Of a stretch of DNA of 64,000 bases, positions 38,959-48,741 are shown piece after piece. How positions within the stretch are numbered: the stretch's first letter is position 1; each line of letters begins with the position of its first letter. Made by a program: the position numbers and the translations under genes. The stretch is from an uncultured Desulfosarcina sp. GTDB lineage: Bacteria; Desulfobacterota; Desulfobacteria; Desulfobacterales; Desulfosarcinaceae. A model generated the notes under the pieces. The model did not search any database. It was not told the DNA's origin and was given only the letters and a program-made list of their open reading frames with translations. Location of the stretch: the NCBI GenBank assembly GCA_963674945.2, contig CAXXWQ010000004.1:160001-224000 (forward strand), written 5' to 3'.

Positions 38959-40134
38959 ATGACGGCAATTGGTTTCGAACTGCAAATGGGAAGTCAGTTC
39001 GGCTATGGAGTGACAACATTAGATTTATTGACACATCTTTTTCTCCAAGGCCGCATCACACCGCTCATTCTTAGCCAACCAGCAGAAATGACCCTGAGCC
39101 CAACCCAAGAAATCATCGTAAACAGGCTATTACGCATACAAAAGACATTCTTTGAACAATTGCCTCAGCAAAATTCCGGAAGAATCGTCATCAACTATCC
39201 GGTTCTGGTGCCAATTGGAAATGGATTTTCCCTTTCAAGCAATTGGGGTCGATTTAAAGGAACCGCCAGTTATGCGAAAATCGTTTTTGAACATACGTTG
39301 ATTGACTTAGAGGCATCGAAACGCCTTCAAGAGTACGATGCACTTTTTCCGGTCTCCAACTGGAACATGAATGTGTTACGAAATGCGGGATTAGATCATG
39401 TCAGCTTGACTCCCGAAGGAATAGACCCAACCATCTTTCATCCTGCACCGAGATGTGGAATCTGGCATGATCGGTTCGTAATCTTCTCGGCCGGAAAATT
39501 TCAATATAGAAAAGCCCAGGACCTGGTGGCTACGGCATTCAAGTTTTTTCACCAACGTCATTCAGATAGCCTATTATGCTTCTGCTGGCACAACTTATGG
39601 CCGCAGGCCATGATCGACATGAACGTTTCACCTTTTACAAAAAAAATACCAACTTACGATGATCGTGGGATTGATTTCACATCATGGCTTTTGGAGAACG
39701 ACCTGAAAAAAAATTCTTTCGTTGATCTCGGTTTTGTAAACCATTATCAACTTCCCCAAGTCATCCGAGAAACAGACGTTGCAATTTTCCCGAACCGTTG
39801 TGAAGGTGGAACCAATCTTATGGCCATGGAAACCATGGCGTGTAGTGTTCCGGTTATTCTTTCGGCAAATACGGGGCACCTTGATCTTATTTCCGGTGAT
39901 AATGTTTTCACCCTAAATGACCAAGGCGATGTTACACCACCAAATGGTTGGAAAGGAACGGACGGTTGGGGGGAATCTTCTGTTGAAGAAATTGTAGAAA
40001 CAATGGAGTACGTCTATCAACATAGGACCGAAGCAAAAAGAAGAGCGGCCTACGCCAGCAGATGGATAATAAAAGAACGTTCCTGGGATAAATGTGCAAA
40101 ACAATTCACCAACGCGATACAAAAATATTTATGA
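38959..40134 (+). CDS. GT4 (GT-B) glycosyltransferase
   Basis: GIDPTIFHP, GKFQYRK, FPNRCEGGTNLMAME (E-X7-E); ATG 38959 behind GAGGAG. Confidence 0.88.
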   Translation: MTAIGFELQMGSQFGYGVTTLDLLTHLFLQGRITPLILSQPAEMTLSPTQEIIVNRLLRIQKTFFEQLPQQNSGRIVINYPVLVPIGNGFSLSSNWGRFKGTASYAKIVFEHTLIDLEASKRLQEYDALFPVSNWNMNVLRNAGLDHVSLTPEGIDPTIFHPAPRCGIWHDRFVIFSAGKFQYRKAQDLVATAFKFFHQRHSDSLLCFCWHNLWPQAMIDMNVSPFTKKIPTYDDRGIDFTSWLLENDLKKNSFVDLGFVNHYQLPQVIRETDVAIFPNRCEGGTNLMAMETMACSVPVILSANTGHLDLISGDNVFTLNDQGDVTPPNGWKGTDGWGESSVEEIVETMEYVYQHRTEAKRRAAYASRWIIKERSWDKCAKQFTNAIQKYL

Positions 40135-40139
40135 TTTTT

Positions 40140-41963
40140 TTATTTTGTTCTCCTCTCAACAGTCAAAGAAAGAAGGTCTCTTTTGATCAATCCTGCAATC
40201 CCAGCCCAATCTCCCCTCCTTTCCTGCCTGTAAAGCTTTGCTGTTGGGTACCATGGGCTGTCTGTGCGATCGGTAAGCCAACGGAAGTCAGGACTTTTGT
40301 GCAGCATGATCCATGTGGGTTTCCCCATTGCGGCAGCCAGATGAGCAACTGAAGTATCCACGGAAATCACGAGATCCATATGATGGATTGCAGCCGCTGT
40401 ATCTGAAAATTCTTCGAGAAAGTCCCCCAACAAAGTTATACTCATATTTTGTGCTTTTAACCGATCCTCATCAGTGATAGCTTTCTGCAGCGAGTAGAAA
40501 CGGAAGCCGGGAATTGTTGTTATGGATTCAAAAGTTTTTAGTGAGCATGATCGAAGTTTATCTCTTTTGTGTAAATGGCTACCAGCCCAAACAATACCTA
40601 CACTGATTTTCTTGGTATCAATACGAGCACGGAATTCCGCGGTTTTTCTTTCAGAAGGTCGCAAATAATTTGTTTTATAAGGAATATTACTCAGATCGAT
40701 TCCAAGACGACCGGGAATACTCATCAGAGGGATATACAAGTCAAACGATTTCGGGTTTACCGGTTCCGCCACGTTGGAACGTAAATGGTCAATCCCCGGA
40801 AATCCGCCCAGAAGACCAAGCAACGATTTATCGGTTTCAAAAATAACCTTCCCACCGAGTTTCTTTACGAATGGCATGAAACGAACAAATTGGATCGTAT
40901 CGCCAAAGCCCTGCTCGCTCTGCACGAGTAACGTATTCCCATGAAAAGGCTTTCCATCCCACATGGGCCGCTGACCAAGGTAGCGGTACTGCCACTGACA
41001 GTCTTTCCTAACGATTCGTGCATCATAGGCTCTCCAACCGTTAGAAAAATCACCGGAAAGCAAATAGGACTCTGCGAGGCTGAACTGCGCATTCGTGTGG
41101 GAAGGATTTATATGCAACGCTTTTCTTGTTACGGTTATCGATTGCTGCAGCTGATTCAAATCACGGAGCACGGAGCCTAAGCAGAAATAGAGTTCAGCAT
41201 CTTTGGGCTTCAACGCTACGGCCTTGCGATAACAGGATACGGCCTTTTCCGGGAAGTCGAGTTCGAAAATTTTTGCTAAATTGATATAGGGTTCCGGAAA
41301 ATCCGGGTTGCATCTGATGGCATCGTTGTAGTGGATAGTCGCCATCTCATGTCGACCATCTTCAGCATGGCAAAAACCCAATTTAAAATGGGCGAGTGCA
41401 TATTCAGGGAACATTTCAACTGCCTGTTGGTATTTCGACAAGGCATCGCTTATCTTACCGGAATCATATAACAAATCTCCGATTGCGATAAGAATGACAG
41501 GCTTATCTCGTCTAAGCGAAAAAACTTTCTCCATAGACTCGATCGCCCCGTTCCAATCTCCTGTTTTTTTGCAAACTTCTGAAAGATTATGCCACGCTTC
41601 GACAAAATCTGGATTTATCTTGACTGCATTTGTGAAATATGACTTTGCAGTGATGTAATCCTTGGAACCTTGAAGTATTGTACCAAGATTATTGTATGCT
41701 TCGGCAAGCAGCGGGTTCTGTTCAAGTGCCGTTCGATAATATTGACTCGCCTTTCTTTTGTCACCAATTTTTTGCTCAATTACGCCACACCGAAAAAAGG
41801 CTTCACTATTTCCCGGATCCAGTTGGATGGCATTTTTAAAGCAACGCAACGCCCCTGGATAGTTCCCTATCTTCTGGCTCATGACACCCAGATGACAGTA
41901 ATGCTGGCTTTTTTCATCCGGTGGGCTGTTATGCACGATTTGCTCTTCCATCGTTTCAACCAA
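40140..41963 (-). CDS. TPR + GT9-like glycosyltransferase (paralog of 36947-38764)
   Basis: TPRs; EQGFGDTIQF, ISVDTSVAHLAAAMGKP, DFRW...SPWYPTAKLYRQ. Confidence 0.88.
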   Translation of the reverse strand: MVETMEEQIVHNSPPDEKSQHYCHLGVMSQKIGNYPGALRCFKNAIQLDPGNSEAFFRCGVIEQKIGDKRKASQYYRTALEQNPLLAEAYNNLGTILQGSKDYITAKSYFTNAVKINPDFVEAWHNLSEVCKKTGDWNGAIESMEKVFSLRRDKPVILIAIGDLLYDSGKISDALSKYQQAVEMFPEYALAHFKLGFCHAEDGRHEMATIHYNDAIRCNPDFPEPYINLAKIFELDFPEKAVSCYRKAVALKPKDAELYFCLGSVLRDLNQLQQSITVTRKALHINPSHTNAQFSLAESYLLSGDFSNGWRAYDARIVRKDCQWQYRYLGQRPMWDGKPFHGNTLLVQSEQGFGDTIQFVRFMPFVKKLGGKVIFETDKSLLGLLGGFPGIDHLRSNVAEPVNPKSFDLYIPLMSIPGRLGIDLSNIPYKTNYLRPSERKTAEFRARIDTKKISVGIVWAGSHLHKRDKLRSCSLKTFESITTIPGFRFYSLQKAITDEDRLKAQNMSITLLGDFLEEFSDTAAAIHHMDLVISVDTSVAHLAAAMGKPTWIMLHKSPDFRWLTDRTDSPWYPTAKLYRQERRGDWAGIAGLIKRDLLSLTVERRTK

Positions 41964-42006
41964 ACAGAAATTACGACTTCCTTCGAAAAGCCTTTGTATT
42001 TTTTAA

Positions 42007-42978
42007 TTATCCGGCAACAGATATCTGATTGGACTTGGCCCTCAATTCATCCAGTTTTTCTCCGGCTTCATAATTCCAAGGCTCGATATCAAGCGCGCGA
42101 TCATAGAACAGCTGGGCATCTTCGAGCCTTCCAATTGCATGGCTGACATGACCGGCGGCCATTAGAACTTCCACATCCTCCGGATCTTCCTGGAGCAACT
42201 TCAAATAGATGCCAAGTGCTTCAGCGACATCCCCTTTCACAAAACACAAAAAATCTGCCAGATTCTTTTGAAAATTTGTGTTACGCGGATCGAGCTGGGT
42301 AGCGCGTCGATAATAATCAAGGCTTTTATCTTGCTCCCCCATCTGAAAAGAATATACGCCCATGTCATTTTGCGCCAGCGCATGTTCAGGATCTTTCTCA
42401 ATTACTTTTTCAAGTAATGAGACCGCCAGTTCGGTATTTCCGTCAGCCCCAACATCTGTTGCCTGTTGGTATAATTCCTCAACAGACATCCTTTCCGGAT
42501 CCATGTTCTTCGATTTGATATGCGCTTTCACTTTCTCGAGAAATTCGAACGCCTCCATATGCCATGGTTCAATTTCCAGGACTTTCTCGTAATAACCGAT
42601 GGCATCGTCAAAATTGCGGGCGATCAAGCTTAAATTGCCGGCAACGAAGTAAACTTCCGCATCATCAACACCGTTGGAGATCATCCTCTCATAGTATGAT
42701 AAGGCCTTTTCGCCATCTTCCATTTTTACATAATAAAAATCAGCCACGCTTTTTAAAAACGTATTGTTTCCTGGGTCGCAATCAATCGCTTTCTTGAAAT
42801 TCAATTCGGTTTTTTCTTTATCACCGACAGAAAAATACAAAACGGCCAGATCATGATAGCCTTGTGCAAAATTTTCGTGATCTCCCAACAGACGTTCCAT
42901 TGCCTCAATGGCCGCCATGTTGTTCCCTTTATCGATTAACAGTTTAACTTCGTCGTACAGTTTCGACACATCGTTCAT
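42007..42978 (-). CDS. TPR-only protein with internal duplication
   Basis: Two similar halves (DPGNNTFLKSVADF / DPRNTNFQKNLADF; LEIEPW / LDIEPW). Confidence 0.85.
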   Translation of the reverse strand: MNDVSKLYDEVKLLIDKGNNMAAIEAMERLLGDHENFAQGYHDLAVLYFSVGDKEKTELNFKKAIDCDPGNNTFLKSVADFYYVKMEDGEKALSYYERMISNGVDDAEVYFVAGNLSLIARNFDDAIGYYEKVLEIEPWHMEAFEFLEKVKAHIKSKNMDPERMSVEELYQQATDVGADGNTELAVSLLEKVIEKDPEHALAQNDMGVYSFQMGEQDKSLDYYRRATQLDPRNTNFQKNLADFLCFVKGDVAEALGIYLKLLQEDPEDVEVLMAAGHVSHAIGRLEDAQLFYDRALDIEPWNYEAGEKLDELRAKSNQISVAG

Positions 42979-43341
42979 TTTTCTGTCTCCTTTGATTGAA
43001 AAACCTTATTGCCTTCTTAACTCCGATATAAAAGGCCATGTGATAACACCTCATTTCCGTCACCGACCCGGCATGGTCTTGCCAATAATTTGACGAAATC
43101 GTATTTCATCTGAAATATATCGGTTCAACGCACAGAACCAAAACCTGCTTAAATTCATATTTTAATTTATATTTCATCATGTTATAGACATTCTTGCCAT
43201 CAAACCGATTTCAACAGCGCCAAGGTCAAAAGTTATTGGTTTTGGATAAATCAATTTCCATACCAACGCATGTGCCCAAATTATCTACCAGCGCTTGTGT
43301 TTGGGATTGGGTTGGGTTTGATAATCAAATGAAATAAAAAT

Positions 43342-43369
43342 AAAAAAGCCTCCTTATCGGAGGCTTTTT
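43342..43369. terminator. Bidirectional intrinsic terminator
   Basis: AAAAAAGCCTCC-TTATC-GGAGGCTTTTT downstream of the maf gene. Confidence 0.85.
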
Positions 43370-43459
43370 GACTTCTAAAACACATATTTGTTTTTCAATT
43401 ATCGGTAAATATTTACTTGCTATACCGCCCTTGACTTAACTGTTTAATTTAATGATATA

Positions 43460-46078
43460 TTACAATAGTGACCTCACGAAATTTACTTTCGATAGGACCT
43501 CCATATTTCCAGGTTCTTCTTTTAACGCCTCAGAATAATTCCAGTATGCGCTTTCGTAATCTTTTTTCATCTTTCGGATGTCGCCGATCTGTTCTCTGAG
43601 TTGTCGCCCACTCTCCGGATAATCTTCGATAATACCTTCTAAAATTCCTATTCCCTTTTCGAATTTTAAATCTCTAATATGTTCGGATGCCTTTTGAATT
43701 CGTTCGTTTGCATTCAGCTTTTTCATACGATTGTTTTGGTTATTACACCAATCATTGCTGAACTCTTTATCCAAGTCACCGATAACACGCTTTAGTTCAT
43801 TTATTTGTGCATCGTCAGGACGAAGGATCAAATATTCATTCATTAATTTCCGGGTTTCATTAATTTTCCCTTGCATCCATTCATTTTTTATTTCTTCGAA
43901 TAGATTATCTATACTTTTATCAATTTTTCTTTTTAGTTGTACTAATTCAGGATTGTCCCCAAATTTACAGATCGCGTTTTCAATCAGAACAGAGGCAGAT
44001 TTCCATAGTTTTTCATTCATGTATGTATTGGCAAGACAGATATATGGTGAAATTAATCCTGGTTCACTCTTCATGTATGTTTCATATTCACGTTGGACCT
44101 GCCATAATTCATCACAATTCTCATAATAGCTTGCACGTTTAATAATTTTCTTGATATTATTCCCACCATCTATACATTCATCTACAGTTAAAATTTCTCT
44201 TGTAAAATCGAGATAAGATTTCAATTTTCCGATAAGGTAATTTATTCCTTCCTCATATACACGAAGGTGTTCAACTATCAATTTCAAATGGTTAACAACA
44301 ATATTATCATTTACCGTCACACAATCGGTTTCAGCTAAAAATTTTTCTCTTTTTTTAAAAATTTCTGACATATCCGACAATATCAAATCATGAATAGATT
44401 GAAGACAGACAAAATTAGCTCTCTTAAATTCTTCAAATTCAGTCAGAGCATTTTCCATAAAACTTTTTTGTTGTAGAGTGTTATCAATGCTTTTAACCTG
44501 TTCGATTAGATCGAATATTTTTTCCCTTTCTTCCTTGCAAACCTTTTTAAATTGACTAAATTTTTTTATGATTAAAGAGATAATATCAAATGCTTTTTTT
44601 TCATCGGCTACTTTTCCCCAGACCACATTGTTTTTAATTTCTAATATACTAGTTTTATGCTTTTTATTTACCTCTTCAATGATTTCGGCCATACATTTCA
44701 CCTCTGCTCCTTCGATATAAGCACCTTTTAAAGCAGTATTGATTATCCGCATCTTGGTTTCCCTTACTACATTTTCAATCAACAGCTTATCAGCCACAAA
44801 CTGTGCAGAAGAGGGCACCATTGCGCCATCTGTACCAATTGTTTGAACGATATTTTTCCTGTCTGGCAAATGAAAGTATGCGGAATGAAAAGAATGGCTT
44901 TTTCCCATTTGATAGGCGAGGTCCATCCCCACAAGGACAATTGGTTCTGCGCCAACTGCCATTGCGGTGAAAATCGCCATATGGCTGACTGAACTCATGT
45001 CCGGATATTGGCATTGCAGATCGAATGCAGGATCTATCCAATCAAGAAGCAACTTATTATAAGCGGACACTGCCACCCTTTTTGTGCCTAAAAACAAACG
45101 AACGTTATCAGGATTTGATTCAATACCGAAAATAAAAATTGCATCTTTGATTGCTTCAAAGTGAGGTTTTAGCTTTTGTATGTTGGTTTCAAAAACATCC
45201 GTTGTCGCAACGACATGTGGCTTTATACCCTCTCCTGCCAAGGCGTTTACTGCTGAATCGCAGGCGATGATAAGTGCATTTTCACCTACTCTTTTTAGGT
45301 CTGAAATAGCGTTGTCAAGGGATGGTCCGGCTGCTATGCAAAACGCTGTAAACCCTTTAAAACGATTTTTCAAATTTTTCATTGGCGTGCCGGCAAAAAG
45401 GCTTGGCAGGTTATCCACGGTGTTGGAAAACATTTTCCGGCCATCAATTTTCGTCGTATACCATGAGCTCCGTAAAGTTCTGATCCTTTCGGATAATTCC
45501 TGCTTTATTTCTTTGGCGATGGTTTGGTTTAATTGCTCGTAACCGGGATGAACAATAATTCGATTTCGACCAATGGGTATGATTTCTCTGTAATCCTCAA
45601 TGATCTTAGCAATATTTATTTCTTCGCCAACAAATAATTCTATCCTTTGATTGGTCAGCAAAGGCTTTAAATCACCATAGTAAAGAGCGTCATAAAACAT
45701 TCTAAAAGAGGGTTCGATAATGATCATCCTTGGCTGAGCTAAGTCCCTAGTTTTTGGAAAAATAGGTAGTTGGCCGAGTCCGATTCCTATCAAAAATAAA
45801 ATGTCGTATGGTTGGTATTTCCAATCAGCGATGATTCTGCGCATTATTATTAAAGGATCTTCTCCACCATAAAAAAGACGATTTAGTTGATAATATCTGT
45901 CTTTTTGCAGCAAGCCACTTTCCGCCTCAACCTTATCTCCTAAAAACTTTTGAATATTCTCTATAGACCTTTTTATCTCAGGATAACGCGATTTTAAGAG
46001 TCTTCGATTACTTAAAAAAGTGCTTTCAAAATTTTGAGCTTTGTTATTTTTCATTTCGTAAGATTCATTTTTAACCAT
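43460..46078 (-). CDS. maf: Motility-associated factor (Maf/DUF115) flagellin glycosyltransferase with TPR-like C-terminus
   Basis: IAAGPSLD, IIACDSA, GIKPHVV, SSVSHMA, PIVLVGMDLAY...SH. Confidence 0.88.
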   Translation of the reverse strand: MVKNESYEMKNNKAQNFESTFLSNRRLLKSRYPEIKRSIENIQKFLGDKVEAESGLLQKDRYYQLNRLFYGGEDPLIIMRRIIADWKYQPYDILFLIGIGLGQLPIFPKTRDLAQPRMIIIEPSFRMFYDALYYGDLKPLLTNQRIELFVGEEINIAKIIEDYREIIPIGRNRIIVHPGYEQLNQTIAKEIKQELSERIRTLRSSWYTTKIDGRKMFSNTVDNLPSLFAGTPMKNLKNRFKGFTAFCIAAGPSLDNAISDLKRVGENALIIACDSAVNALAGEGIKPHVVATTDVFETNIQKLKPHFEAIKDAIFIFGIESNPDNVRLFLGTKRVAVSAYNKLLLDWIDPAFDLQCQYPDMSSVSHMAIFTAMAVGAEPIVLVGMDLAYQMGKSHSFHSAYFHLPDRKNIVQTIGTDGAMVPSSAQFVADKLLIENVVRETKMRIINTALKGAYIEGAEVKCMAEIIEEVNKKHKTSILEIKNNVVWGKVADEKKAFDIISLIIKKFSQFKKVCKEEREKIFDLIEQVKSIDNTLQQKSFMENALTEFEEFKRANFVCLQSIHDLILSDMSEIFKKREKFLAETDCVTVNDNIVVNHLKLIVEHLRVYEEGINYLIGKLKSYLDFTREILTVDECIDGGNNIKKIIKRASYYENCDELWQVQREYETYMKSEPGLISPYICLANTYMNEKLWKSASVLIENAICKFGDNPELVQLKRKIDKSIDNLFEEIKNEWMQGKINETRKLMNEYLILRPDDAQINELKRVIGDLDKEFSNDWCNNQNNRMKKLNANERIQKASEHIRDLKFEKGIGILEGIIEDYPESGRQLREQIGDIRKMKKDYESAYWNYSEALKEEPGNMEVLSKVNFVRSLL

Positions 46079-46229
46079 GTCGTCTAATTTTTATTTGATT
46101 ACTAAATTTCGAGAAATAACTATTTTTAATCTCCTAAAAATCAAACCGCATAACTTATATTTTAGCTGATATTTATCTAAATTATAATTTTTTGGTAGGC
46201 CTTACAACTGTGTAAGCAATTCATATAAT

Positions 46230-47558
46230 TTATAGATTTTTGAAAATTAAATCTTTTAATTCAAGAGTAGATAAAATTTTTAGAGGATATATAGGGTAAC
46301 CAATTAGATATTCTTTTGTGTGAGGGTTTTCCGAATATAAAGAATTAAAAACTCTAATGGCATAATCTCTCTTTCCATAAATTCTTAATTGAAAAGCGAA
46401 ATTTGCCTTCCAATATGAAGACATACGATTCTCAATATAGTCTATCTCCATAGTACGAAGTCCATGTTCAGGAAAATTTAATTCTATCAACTGCCAACCA
46501 ACAACTGAATATGTATCATTAATATTATTGTCTTTAGAATAAATTTCTTTAATTAAATCTAATGCTTCTTTCTCTTTTTGATTACCACATAATGCCATGG
46601 CGTAAATGATATCTCCTTCTATAGATTTTCTGTTGTACTTCTCGTCTTTTTCTAAAAATTCTAAAAGTATTTTAACTTTTTTTGTAGTGTAATATAACGA
46701 TAGGCCCAATTTTGCGAAAGCATCATAAACATAATTGTTTTTAGAATATATATCTTTAATTAGTTCATTTGCAAAATTTAAACGATTCATATATATGCAA
46801 ATGATAGCAAAATTAACTTTCCAGAGATCTGATAATCGATTTCTGATAAAATCTTTCAAAAAATAATCATATGCTATTTGCCAATTTCGATTTTCAGTGT
46901 GCATCCAACCTAATTGAGAAAATCCATCAAAACTTAAATGGTCTCTATCATAAACATCTTCTATTATTTTTTCTGCCTTTGCTATCTTTCCATTTCTTCC
47001 ACATATTAATGCATATTGAATTTTACAAACATCAGATAATCTACCTCTCTCTTCATCTATTTCAGCAATCATTAATGCTTTATTCCAGTCCCGGTATTTC
47101 ATTTTTATCCATCCAAGGCGAACAAAAAGGTCTTTGAATTCTTTATCTTTTTTATATGTTTTTTCGATATATTCAATGGCTTTATCAAATTTTCCTGTTG
47201 TACCATAAGATAAACCAATACCCATCATTGCACCAGGATGTGATGGAACTATATCAAGAATTTTATAAAAGCCTTTTAATGCTTCTTCATAATATCCATT
47301 TTCCATTTCTATAAGACTAAGCTCAAAAAGAGATGTTTCGTGATAAGAATTGATGGAAAAAGATTGTTTATATGATTGCTTTGCTTTTTTTAAATCTCCT
47401 AATAACTTATATATATTTCCTAATTGAAAATGAGCTTGATAAAAGGAAGGATAAATTTTAATAATATGATTGAACAACTTAATTGATTTATTGTAATCAT
47501 TTCTATTGAAATAAACCATTCCTTTCCCAAAATCAATCCAATCGGTACAATTTTTCAT
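46230..47558 (-). CDS. TPR-containing protein
   Basis: N-terminal TPRs plus repeated helical units; AT-rich. Confidence 0.75.
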   Translation of the reverse strand: MKNCTDWIDFGKGMVYFNRNDYNKSIKLFNHIIKIYPSFYQAHFQLGNIYKLLGDLKKAKQSYKQSFSINSYHETSLFELSLIEMENGYYEEALKGFYKILDIVPSHPGAMMGIGLSYGTTGKFDKAIEYIEKTYKKDKEFKDLFVRLGWIKMKYRDWNKALMIAEIDEERGRLSDVCKIQYALICGRNGKIAKAEKIIEDVYDRDHLSFDGFSQLGWMHTENRNWQIAYDYFLKDFIRNRLSDLWKVNFAIICIYMNRLNFANELIKDIYSKNNYVYDAFAKLGLSLYYTTKKVKILLEFLEKDEKYNRKSIEGDIIYAMALCGNQKEKEALDLIKEIYSKDNNINDTYSVVGWQLIELNFPEHGLRTMEIDYIENRMSSYWKANFAFQLRIYGKRDYAIRVFNSLYSENPHTKEYLIGYPIYPLKILSTLELKDLIFKNL

Positions 47559-47592
47559 TATTTCTAATACTTTTTAAAAGTAATTATTAAAT

Positions 47593-48741
47593 TTAAGTAA
47601 GCTCATTTGGGATACAGTAAAGGACTGAGTCCCATATACCAGGTTCATATTTTCCAAGTCTGTATGAATATCTCTTCAATATATCTTCAAGAAAAAATGG
47701 AATCTCAAATAAATCCTCAAAACTATGATAGATACTTATGGCAAGTTGAGGTCTATGATCGATAAGTGTTTCTATTGCTCCTTTTAGAGCCATGAGTTCA
47801 GCACCTTCAATATCCATTTTAATAAAATCTATTTTTTTAATTTTATTTTTTAAAACAAATCTATCTATTGTTGTTGTATTTACTTTGTAATAAAAATTAT
47901 CAATTTGATTAATTCCAGAACATTCATCTATAAAAGATGATCCATCACCATTATCTCTTATCTTCAATATATCGTTACGGTTCCATAAGCCTTCTGAGAA
48001 TATTTTTATTTTTTCATTTCTTTCTATAAAAGTTTTATAAGGATCTTTTTTAAATATGTGATATAAGGGTTCAAAACCATAAATTTCTTTAATATTAGTA
48101 AAGTGATTGTAAAACATAACACTCGTCAAACCATCGTATGCACCACCATCAATAACTCTTTCAATTTTTTTATGGCACAAATAATCAAGATATTGATTTA
48201 TAACATTGCCAGCAAATTTAAAATAGTTAATATTAATTGATTGGAACCTATTTTTATCGAATCTTTGGAGAATCAGCTTTTCATATAATTTTCTATCGGA
48301 CTCTGTAAAAATATTCATAACTTTTTCTATTTTTTCCTTATTATCAATGTATTTCTCATAATTTTCCTGAGAGGGTAACCCTACTGAAGTTGCAGTTTTG
48401 AAATGATGGTACAATTGACTTAATATGCTACAATCTAAAATAATATAGTTTTCGATTTTAAAAGAATTTAAGGTTTTTGCTATTTCATAGGTATAAGGAG
48501 ATGCGATAAGAATCAAGTCATACGCATCTACTTTCTCAGGAAGGTCAAAAACGGCCATCACTGGAAAGCCGGCATATTCCCCACTGTTGAAGGAATTGAT
48601 ATATCCTAAGAAAGATATGTCTTTTCTCTGATGTTGAATAAGTAAAGAAGCGGCATATCCTTCCTTTCCTGTTCCATATATGTAAACTCTTGTATTTTTA
48701 GGTATATTCTTAAATATCTCGTACATATTTTTCTTCATCAT
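47593..48741 (-). CDS. FkbM-family methyltransferase with N-terminal Rossmann-like module
   Basis: IDGGAYDG, YGFEP, FIKMDIEGAE, PQLAISIYH; N-term VYIYGTG; ATG overlaps upstream stop (TAATG). Confidence 0.9.
   Translation of the reverse strand: MMKKNMYEIFKNIPKNTRVYIYGTGKEGYAASLLIQHQRKDISFLGYINSFNSGEYAGFPVMAVFDLPEKVDAYDLILIASPYTYEIAKTLNSFKIENYIILDCSILSQLYHHFKTATSVGLPSQENYEKYIDNKEKIEKVMNIFTESDRKLYEKLILQRFDKNRFQSININYFKFAGNVINQYLDYLCHKKIERVIDGGAYDGLTSVMFYNHFTNIKEIYGFEPLYHIFKKDPYKTFIERNEKIKIFSEGLWNRNDILKIRDNGDGSSFIDECSGINQIDNFYYKVNTTTIDRFVLKNKIKKIDFIKMDIEGAELMALKGAIETLIDHRPQLAISIYHSFEDLFEIPFFLEDILKRYSYRLGKYEPGIWDSVLYCIPNELT

Noticed and set aside
43250..43265. TGGTATGGAAATTGAT possible sigma54 promoter for the TPR operon
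   Set aside because: -12 element is GA rather than GC and it lies ~270 bp from the gene; too weak to call
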